From NCBI GenBank assembly GCA_048128005.1, contig JBEUKZ010000014.1, positions 186,001 to 206,307 on the forward strand: a DNA stretch of 20,307 nucleotides, written 5' to 3'. The notes beneath the pieces are model-generated. The model ran no database searches and had not been told where the DNA came from. It saw nothing but the letters and a program-made list of their open reading frames with translations. Shown here piece after piece: positions 12,745 to 20,307 of this stretch; positions within the stretch are counted from its first letter, which is position 1; every line of letters begins with the position of its first letter. The DNA is from Veleropilina oligotropha (taxonomy: Eukaryota). A program made the translations under genes and the position numbers.

Positions 12745-14589
12745 ATGGCCACTATGGATGACTACATAGACCAACTGCTCGCAGACATGCAGGCATCTGA
12801 AACTCTCCGGGACGTGGTTCAGAACATTATAGATGAACCTATCCCAGAAGAAGTGAAAGAGCAGCTGTTGAAGCCTCTGGTCCCACTCCCCCTCTCCAAA
12901 AGGCCCCGGACAGCCCAGGACTACCAGAAGGATCTTCTAGGGCTGTTTACCACAACAGAGGGGCAACAATTCATCGACCTGGATGACCAGGCCCCTCCCC
13001 CATTAAGGCTCCCAGCAAAAGAGCCATGGGTGGAACTCTTGAACGACGCCAAATACGAGTTTGAGGTCGATGGCGCCGCGGCGGCCTTCTCCACATGGAG
13101 GGTAGAGATAGAGAACATCGGCGACGTTAAGATCGCCGAAGCGAGGGCTGGCCGGCTGGCCCTGGATGCCCGTATGACAGATGCGAGGGCGGTACAGCTC
13201 CTCACAGCCCTTCCAAAAGGCGAGTTTGTCCTGAGAATAAAGTTCTTGCGTGAGTGGCATGAAGGCGACTGGGTGGTCGAAGACAAGTTTGACCCGGTGA
13301 AAGCTGCGAGAAAGAAGGGCCAGGGTGTCTTTGAGATATCCCATGACACTAAGCCGGGTGCTATCACTGGGGTCGACAAAGTCTACTACGAGAACGCCTA
13401 CCCGGTCACTGCAGTCGTCTACGGCCTCTACCCTCTCAGAGGACCAAACCCCGCCAACCTGGTTCCAATGAAGAACGGCGATCTCAACTGCGTTGCCCAG
13501 AGAGTGGTTGAGCACTTCGAAGGTGCCCTGAGAGGAAACGGACTAACTCCAACAAGGCGGCAGAAAGTACAGGAGTGGGAAGAGCGAGTTCATGTAACAA
13601 GAGCTTCCGTCGACGATGTGGCCCAACTGGAGAGGATCCTCAAACGGGCGATGATCTTGAGAGACATTGCAGGCGAGGACATCTACAACAGTGGGAAGTA
13701 CCAGGGCTCCCGGTATAGACCAGTAGAACTCATCTGTCACAACGGCCACGCCTGGCCCAAGGACCTTCATTTCCCACAGTCCCGCGCGGTCCACCTGTAT
13801 GAGGGCGATGTCTGGGAAGCTATCCGACAAGCCACACAGAATGAGCCATTAGCTGTCTGGCTCCTTGGCGGTAAAGACCGACAGCTCGGCGTGGACCAGT
13901 TCGTGCTTCAAGACGGCCGCACTTACAGGACGAAAGAGGCTCACACCGCTCTTCAGGAAGCCTGTCAGGCTCTGGGGAATGAGTCTCTTGCCGATCGAGC
14001 CTTTGGCGAGAACCATGCAGCTAGCATTATGGCCAAAGAGAACAACGGCTGGAAACCTACCCCAGCGGGCCTGCTCGACGACATCCAGAAGGCCTGTGTA
14101 GAGCATGGTCATGATGGCCTTTGGAATTCCATGAGCTATGATACGAGAGACATCGTCTGCGTCGATATGAAAGCCTGCTACCCTGCCAGCTTTCAGGGGA
14201 AGGGTGAGGCTAAGCCATATTTCGAAAGATTCGGACACCCAACCCACCGCATGACTCGGGTCGCAATTAACGGTCCTCTTCCCCAAGAAATCGGTACTGG
14301 CTTTGCTGAGGTCGTGGAATGGGAGTTTGCACAAGCAATCCACCCCACCATTCCCGCCTGGTTCGGAAAGCACTTTGCAGAAAATAGCTGGGCACCAACC
14401 CCGCTGCTCGCCTTCCTCCTAGAATCTGGACTGCTAGAAAGCCTCAAGATCCGAGAAGCCATCATCGCATTCAAAAAGCAGACCGAGGTCTGGCTTCCGG
14501 AGAATCGTGACCAGGGCTCCAGCATCATCGGCAAATTTACTCAGGGCAGCAAGGCTGATGCCAAAAGACTGACACGAAGGCCTAGCTAA
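12745..14589 (+). CDS. Protein-primed family-B DNA polymerase-like polyprotein, C-terminally truncated (614 aa)
   Basis: Motif A-like IVCVDMKACYPAS (D474) and motif B-like SSIIGKFTQ are present. Motif C (DTDS-type) is absent because the ORF ends at a junction with an ATPase fragment. A candidate OTU-like Cys249 (GDLNC) and His335 (HNGHAW) lie upstream. Confidence 0.8.
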   Translation: MATMDDYIDQLLADMQASETLRDVVQNIIDEPIPEEVKEQLLKPLVPLPLSKRPRTAQDYQKDLLGLFTTTEGQQFIDLDDQAPPPLRLPAKEPWVELLNDAKYEFEVDGAAAAFSTWRVEIENIGDVKIAEARAGRLALDARMTDARAVQLLTALPKGEFVLRIKFLREWHEGDWVVEDKFDPVKAARKKGQGVFEISHDTKPGAITGVDKVYYENAYPVTAVVYGLYPLRGPNPANLVPMKNGDLNCVAQRVVEHFEGALRGNGLTPTRRQKVQEWEERVHVTRASVDDVAQLERILKRAMILRDIAGEDIYNSGKYQGSRYRPVELICHNGHAWPKDLHFPQSRAVHLYEGDVWEAIRQATQNEPLAVWLLGGKDRQLGVDQFVLQDGRTYRTKEAHTALQEACQALGNESLADRAFGENHAASIMAKENNGWKPTPAGLLDDIQKACVEHGHDGLWNSMSYDTRDIVCVDMKACYPASFQGKGEAKPYFERFGHPTHRMTRVAINGPLPQEIGTGFAEVVEWEFAQAIHPTIPAWFGKHFAENSWAPTPLLAFLLESGLLESLKIREAIIAFKKQTEVWLPENRDQGSSIIGKFTQGSKADAKRLTRRPS

Positions 14590-14878
14590 GAGACGGGACA
14601 TGCTGACGGAGCTGGCCTTTAGCGGAAGGCATGCCTCCCAGAGTGTATGGGTGGTGACGCAGAAGTACAACTCGGTCCTGAAGGAGCTCCGCGAACAGAC
14701 CCGTTGGGTCGCTTTGTTTCATTGCAAGGACCGCGACAGCTTCGAAGACTGTCTTCGCGAGAACGATGTCATCGGGTCGCAAGATGAACGAACCGCAGTG
14801 CGCCGGCTGTTGGCCGAGACCAGACACGCTAAGCTTCTGTTGAAAACTGATCAGCCCGTTGCTTATCGTGTGCTCTAG
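14582..14878 (+). pseudogene. C-terminal fragment of an A32/FtsK-family DNA packaging ATPase
   Basis: LAKRRDMLTELAFSGRHASQSVWVVTQKYNSVLKELREQ carries the GRH arginine-finger and hhhhTQ motifs. Walker A and B are missing, removed by the junction at ~14580. Confidence 0.85.
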
Positions 14879-14920
14879 CAAGCTGTAGTCTACTAGGCAT
14901 CTACTGAGCATCTACCCAGC

Positions 14921-15733
14921 ATGTCGGACGCGGTATATATAGCTTTTGCTTGCAGCCAGAGCCTGATGTTGCTGCTACTCGTAACATTGTGGTACTGGAT
15001 GTACGGCTATATTAGACCGGCGAGGCGATGTTGGAAACGCTTCAGGATGGACAGCCTGATCGACCAACTCATGGACGACGAACAAGAAAGGACCGTCACC
15101 GGCCATCGCTTGACTCCCAGCTGCTTGCAGCACGAGGAACCTGTCAGTAACAGTGGAGTCGCAAGTTCCGTTTGCGCGGCAAAAAAGCGTGAGAGGCTTG
15201 CAGCATTAGCCGTTGGCGGGGTTTGGTTCTCTGAGAGGGTAGAGGCCGTAGACGACCGCAGTGACCGGGTAGGCGCTCTCGTAGTAGACTTTGTCGACCC
15301 CAGTGATAGCACCCGGCTTAGTGTCATGGGATATCTCAAAGACACCCTGGCCCTTCTTTATCGTAGCTTTCACCGGGTCAAACTTGTCTTCGACCACCCA
15401 GTCGCCTTCATGCCACTCACACAAGAACTTTATTTTCAGGACAAACTCGCCTTTTGGAAGGGCTGTGAGGAGCTGTACCGCCCTCGCATCTGTCATACGG
15501 GCATCCAGGGCCAGCCGGCCAGCCCTCGCTTCGGCGATCTTAACGTCGCCGATGTTCTCTACCTCTACCCTCCATGTGGAGAAGGCCGCCGTGGCGCCAT
15601 CGACCTCAAACTCGTCTTTGGCGTCGTTCAAGAGTTCCACCCATGGCTCTTTTGCTGGGAGCCTTACTGGGGGAGGGGCCTGGTCATCCAGGTCGATGAA
15701 TTGTTGCCCCTCTGTTGTGGTAAACAGCCCTAG
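14921..15733 (+). CDS. Chimeric ORF: 5' part of a viral gene (N-terminal hydrophobic/TM segment ... KRERLAALAVGG) fused to the antisense of the polymerase arm
   Basis: Codons 1-97 lie in unique spacer. From 15212 the frame continues on the non-coding strand of the inverted polymerase copy and matches antisense ORF 13003..13515. Confidence 0.55.
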   Translation: MSDAVYIAFACSQSLMLLLLVTLWYWMYGYIRPARRCWKRFRMDSLIDQLMDDEQERTVTGHRLTPSCLQHEEPVSNSGVASSVCAAKKRERLAALAVGGVWFSERVEAVDDRSDRVGALVVDFVDPSDSTRLSVMGYLKDTLALLYRSFHRVKLVFDHPVAFMPLTQELYFQDKLAFWKGCEELYRPRICHTGIQGQPASPRFGDLNVADVLYLYPPCGEGRRGAIDLKLVFGVVQEFHPWLFCWEPYWGRGLVIQVDELLPLCCGKQP

Positions 15734-15925
15734 AAGATCCTTCTGGTAGTCCTGGGCTGTCCGGGGCCTTTTGGAGAGGGGGAGTGGGACCAGAGGCTTC
15801 AACAGCCGCTCTTTCACTTCTTCTGGGATAGGTTCATCTATAATGTTCTGAACCACGTCCCGGAGAGTTTCAGATGCCTGCATGTCTGCGAGCAGTTGGT
15901 CTATGTAGTCATCCATAGTGGCCAT
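15206..15925 (-). CDS. Second, truncated copy of the polymerase N-terminus (239 aa; putative terminal-protein region)
   Basis: Near-identical to residues 1-238 of ORF 12745..14589. It stops two codons after leaving the arm. Confidence 0.7.
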   Translation of the reverse strand: MATMDDYIDQLLADMQASETLRDVVQNIIDEPIPEEVKERLLKPLVPLPLSKRPRTAQDYQKDLLGLFTTTEGQQFIDLDDQAPPPVRLPAKEPWVELLNDAKDEFEVDGATAAFSTWRVEVENIGDVKIAEARAGRLALDARMTDARAVQLLTALPKGEFVLKIKFLCEWHEGDWVVEDKFDPVKATIKKGQGVFEISHDTKPGAITGVDKVYYESAYPVTAVVYGLYPLREPNPANG

Positions 15926-15973
15926 GTTGCTGGGTGGGTATACACTACGCCAAGCATTCCTCTAATAGGAAAT

Positions 15974-16249
15974 TTACGTGTGGTAAATTGCAGCCAGGCG
16001 CAGAAACTCTCTCTCGAAGGCTCTTTTCTTTCGTCCCCAGTCCTTAGCGTCCCCATTCCGATACCCACAGCCCCGGCACAACGTAAACCGGTTGAAGACG
16101 CCTTTGCCGCATTTGATGCACGGCTTTGTACCCCGGCCATTTCGCCGTTGCCGAGCCAGGTGGACTTTGCAGAACTCTCTCACACTTCTCTTACCGCATA
16201 ACTCCGTGGAGCTGATGGTAAGCCATCGACAGGTGTCATAGCCCTTCAT
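15974..16249 (-). CDS. Small Cys/His-rich (zinc-finger-like) 91-aa protein, intact right copy
   Basis: MKGYDTCRWLTISSTELCGKRSVREFCKVHLARQRRNGRGTKPCIKCGKGVFNRFTLCRGCGYR..., with C-x10-C-x8-CxxH followed by CxxC-x10-CxxC. Confidence 0.7.
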   Translation of the reverse strand: MKGYDTCRWLTISSTELCGKRSVREFCKVHLARQRRNGRGTKPCIKCGKGVFNRFTLCRGCGYRNGDAKDWGRKKRAFEREFLRLAAIYHT

Positions 16250-16331
16250 CGTATACTTTGCAGTGGGTATATCCTTTGCAAAGGGTATGTCTAAAAGAAG
16301 AGCCCGGGCCGGCGAGGGTTGTGGGCCGTCC

Positions 16332-16679
16332 CTAAGGGCTCTTACTACCAGCTCTGTACAAACGGGCGTGGGGGTCCGCCGACAGTCTAGACAGCTTTGG
16401 ACGACGGTGATTGTGTAAAACTCCCTTGTTACTGTCTTTGGTCTTCTTCTTGAAGACCGCCTGGTCACCGTCGTCGAGTTCGACAATCAAAACGTCGTAG
16501 CCTGTGTTTAGGAGGTTTCTAACACGCCTGGAGCTCCCTTCGCCGTGCAGCGTAGGAACGTCTTCCAGGTCACCCTCTCTATCGTCTCTATCGGCTGGGT
16601 CACCCTCTCTATCGGCTGGTCCGTTTCCAGAGTTGTCATCTTGATCCTGCTCTCGCGGTATATTGGGGGGCTGCGACAT
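16332..16679 (-). CDS. Hypothetical 115-aa viral protein, right copy
   Basis: Mirror of 11992-12339 with a few substitutions. Confidence 0.55.
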   Translation of the reverse strand: MSQPPNIPREQDQDDNSGNGPADREGDPADRDDREGDLEDVPTLHGEGSSRRVRNLLNTGYDVLIVELDDGDQAVFKKKTKDSNKGVLHNHRRPKLSRLSADPHARLYRAGSKSP

Positions 16680-16978
16680 GTTGCTTTCAAGTATAACTAC
16701 ACACCGTCTAACATACCAGTTATTTCGCACCGATTGCCCGGGGGGCCCAAATAGACTATTCTAAGCTACCCTAGTTTCGGATGGCGCCCTGGAGTATATA
16801 TTACGAGCACCCCCCCTCAGTTCTGAAATAGGGCTGGGAGCCTTCCCGGTCGCCCCGGGCCCCCCCCCCCTAACTTCCTCTGAAACCCCCTAGTCCCCCC
16901 CCCTTACTCCTCAAGAGCGGACGTCGTAAGGTGACCTTGTGGGGATCGCAATGTAACCATACGGAAATTGTCATGTCA

Positions 16979-17185
16979 CCTTACGATATCCGCACAATTT
17001 GTGTTAGCCCTTACGGGTACCGTATCTAATGTGACCATTGCACGTATCTAATGTGACCATTGCACAGACTGTTGCCCGAAACCTACGATTCTTCCTTACG
17101 ATATCCGCACAATTTGTTTTAGCCCGTACGGGTACCGTATCTAATGTGACCATTGCACAGACTGTTGTCAGAAACCTACGATTCT
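16979..17185. repeat. Tandem duplication (~93-bp unit x2; first copy has an internal 22-bp duplication)
   Basis: CCTTACGATATCCGCACAATTTG...AAACCTACGATTCT at 16979 and 17094; GTATCTAATGTGACCATTGCAC occurs three times. Confidence 0.92.
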
Positions 17186-19594
17186 ACCTAGATGTCGGAG
17201 ATGCTGAGATGGCGTACGATTATCCCCATCGTACAGCGACCGGTGTATTTGTGACATAGGCATAAATCAAGTTCCATCATTTATATCCTTACTTGTACAA
17301 TACTTTATTCTATTCATTGTATTAAATTATTATATTATTTATTATATATGTACAATATATAGAGAGAAAACTAAAATACTTACTTGGCATGTTGTATTAC
17401 TACCCCTGTTTTTATTTGGTATTTATGGGTTTCCGTAGTTTTATTACTGCACGATACATAGGCTTATACTTAAATAAAATAATCTTTCTTTACTTAATAA
17501 CAACATTATAGCACACAGTCAATGGACATTTCTAATTAATAACACCAATTAAAATTTATAATTAATTTGAAGTATTCGAGACAACAGCGTGACGTATGGC
17601 GTATGTCAGAACGAGGTTGTAGTGGCAAAAAGACCGGAAGTTTATGCAGTCTGTTGTTGTTTACTGTTGAAAAGCGATGATATGCATTCGTATTCCCGCT
17701 CTAATCCCCGTCTTAATTATCAATTGCTGATTTTTGCGCTACATATAAACCTAGGGATCTCACATTTAATAAATTTCCCTTCATGAGTAAGCCAACGTTT
17801 GGCGATCAGCCTCGCCTTTCAAGTTTTCGGTATCGTAGAGTGCGCGGCCTCTCGTATGTACTATCACAACTTGTTTTCTGATAAAAAACGACGTGTGGTT
17901 AATTAATTTACATTTCATTTAGGCATGCATGGACGCAATTTCACCATTGCACACTTGACATTCTTGTGTGAAAAACGATTTACCTTTGCTTTGTTGTGTT
18001 CATAATTAATATATAACACGTACTGCATTCTAGATATCACAAATCCCTATTCTCCATACATAAAACAATAGTTTTCTATTTTTAACAGATTTTAACAATA
18101 AAACTAAAATGTTCCGTCTTCCTTCCTATCAGCTAATTAATTAGCATGCTTTTTGAATTTATACTCTGGATACAGTATGAAATTAATAAATATTTCTTTC
18201 ACCTTTACCACATAGGCCTATACCGGTATATCAAATTAGAATTTTATAAAATACAAAAAAAACAGGCGATCAAAACATATATAACCGGGGAGCCAGGGGG
18301 TGGACCGGAAATGAGTAGGCCTAAATGAAAGTGGTCCCTAATGTATGTCGGTGCCAATTGTTCAATACACACAATTATGTTTGGTGACTCTCATCTCACC
18401 TTGACTGAAAACGAAAATATTTTCAAAACTGTCCAAAAATTTATTAAGCACTCAAATTGATTTAATTAATACCTATTGTATACAACCATATAACTAAATT
18501 CCAAGAAAGCAGCCCTTTTTTAAATATTGTATAGCTTTTGTTTGCTTGGCCTTGTGTGATTTATGTATAGTGCATCGTATCAATGCTATTCATTAGCGCC
18601 TTTTTATTTTTCATATGTGCATATTTTTGTTAGTTAAAAAATATCTATACTGCTGTTCTCGCTGCCATTTTGCTATATAAAGGCGATTACTTAACTTAAT
18701 TTATAATTTGTGGTAGCATCACCTATGCATTACGATACTAATCGGATTCAATTGTATAATTTTCTGAATTACTAACATGTGCATGTAACTGCTTATTTGT
18801 TACTTTTACTTCTGACGAGATGTTTTATATTGGCTCTGTCCTGTTACATAATCGTCACACTATTATTAATACATATATTCTAGAAAGTAATTACCAACTG
18901 AAACTCATTTACTATGTATATGTATACATCCGACGCATCTATCAATAAAATATTTTCAAACAAATGTATGTCGGTCAGATCAGAGTGAGCCTTAAACCGG
19001 ATGTCCCGACACAGCTGAAAGTGGTCTTAAAAGAATGTTGCCAACCATGATGGTAAATTAATTGCTATTACAAGCCATTGTGATTCATAATCCATGATAG
19101 AATCATGAAAGAGACCAAAATTTCATATCACGTTCATATTTTAAATTTTTGGTGCGATCTGAGAAACATGGAAATACAGTTATATAAACAGTCTTGAAAT
19201 GATGGCTATTTTATTTTGTTAAATTAGTCCTCAGCCCATACTATAATATTGATAGTACAAGCTATATGCATGTACCGCACAGCATATATGGTATGTCAGA
19301 CGTGAGCAAAATCTTAATTTCTATCACAGAGTGTGGGTGTAGATGGGAATTAAATCATAAAATGAACAGCGAGGAATATAGTCTTGTACTGGTATGGCAG
19401 TGTCAACGGACAATATGTTGGAGTCTGATTGTAGGTCTGCTGAAACTGCTAAGAAGTGTACTAGTATCTAAAACTTCATAATGATAAATAACCAGAGATG
19501 GATTCTTGAGGTTTTCCCATATGATACAATGTAATTATTAAGCAACCAGAAGATGAAATTAAGCAAGCTCTTTATTTGATTTCGGTTGCAGACT

Positions 19595-19820
19595 CCAAAA
19601 AATCACTGACATGATCGGTCGTCGGTTCGAATCTCGGTTGAGACGTGTCATTATTTGTTCAAGTTATGAATCACAGTTGTCCGTAACTAGTCGTAGAGGT
19701 CGGGTTTCCCCAGGCAACCAGGCTTTCCTCCCACGATAATATGGACATTCCTGTTTGAACTTAATGGTTGGAAATATACAGGACATTAAGCATCCATTAT
19801 TTCCCTTTTCACCTCCACAA
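19595..19820 (+). mobile_element. tRNA-derived SINE, second copy (5' end degraded)
   Basis: B-box GGTTCGAATCT at 19624. TTTGTTCAAGTTATGAATCACAGTTGTCCGT and AAATATACAGGACATTAAGCATC match the reverse complement of the 8385-8651 copy. Confidence 0.8.
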
Positions 19821-19931
19821 CTGACTGATCGGGTGGGTGTACATGCGTTCGGCTGGTTGTCAGATCTCGACCAAAACTCTATTCTTCATTATAAACCGTG
19901 CCACCTTATGAAACAGTGTTGTGACTTCATT

Positions 19932-20307
<376 letters not shown>

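Larger units (their letters stand above)
11774..13458 (+). repeat. Left arm of the long inverted repeat
   Basis: Runs from AGGGGGGGACTAGGGGGTTTCAGAGG to CCAAACCCCGCCAAC. It is the reverse complement of 15212-16904, with roughly two dozen differences by manual comparison. Confidence 0.97.
11774..16904. mobile_element. Defective Polinton/Maverick-like endogenous viral element, 5.1 kb, with ~1.69-kb inverted arms
   Basis: GC-rich, ORF-dense island with AG...CT ends; contains pPolB motifs and a packaging-ATPase fragment; arms 11774-13458 and 15212-16904 are reverse complements. Confidence 0.88.
15212..16904 (-). repeat. Right arm of the long inverted repeat
   Basis: Runs from GTTGGCGGGGTTTGG to CCTCTGAAACCCCCTAGTCCCCCCCCCT. 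The ORF track shows mirrored ORFs. Confidence 0.97.
11558..17262. mobile_element. Non-autonomous TIR element (CGTACG/CGTAAG-rich, ~570 bp when empty) split by the Polinton-derived insert
   Basis: Left ATTTATATCTATATCACAAATACA (11553-11576) matches the reverse complement of right TGTATTTGTGACATAGGCATAAAT (17244-17267) at 21/24 positions. TA flanks both sides (11556-57 and 17263-64). Both halves share CGTACG/CGTAAGG/CCTTACG motifs. Confidence 0.7.

Noticed and set aside
12185..12769. 194-aa ORF (and the 170-aa mirror 15974..16486) as annotated from a TTG start
   Set aside because: The upstream part overlaps the 115-aa ORF in another frame. The plausible gene starts at ATG 12422/16249, and the left copy's extension is due to a frameshift.
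12921..14911. Several long antisense or alternate-frame ORFs over the polymerase and ATPase (e.g. 12921..13379, 13003..13515, 13849..14373, 14582..14911)
   Set aside because: Shadow ORFs expected in GC-rich coding DNA. They have no motifs, and the + strand frames carry the recognisable ones.
11774..16904. LTR retrotransposon or bacterial/phage contamination
   Set aside because: The repeats are inverted rather than direct, and there is no RT or gag. Starts have Kozak-like contexts, and the island is embedded within a host repeat.

Overview
AT-rich, repeat-dense non-coding DNA that looks like an invertebrate animal genome, with no host gene recognisable. The main feature is a GC-rich 5.1-kb insert (11774-16904) derived from a Polinton/Maverick-like virus. 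It has two ~1.69-kb near-identical inverted arms, each carrying a G-tract terminus, two small ORFs and the 5' part of a protein-primed family-B DNA polymerase. A 1.75-kb spacer holds the rest of a truncated polymerase, the C-terminal part of an A32/FtsK-type packaging ATPase and the 5' part of another gene. This architecture fits an integrated copy-back (panhandle) defective viral genome with an extra internal deletion. The insert sits inside a TIR-bearing non-autonomous DNA transposon, which abuts a decayed Academ-like transposase gene. The window also has the 3' end of a Penelope-like element with a well-formed type I hammerhead ribozyme (264-322) next to a (TA)n tract, a decayed RTE-like LINE, two tRNA-derived SINE copies, other MITE/hairpin elements and microsatellites. 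Family assignments come from motif recognition by eye, not database searches.
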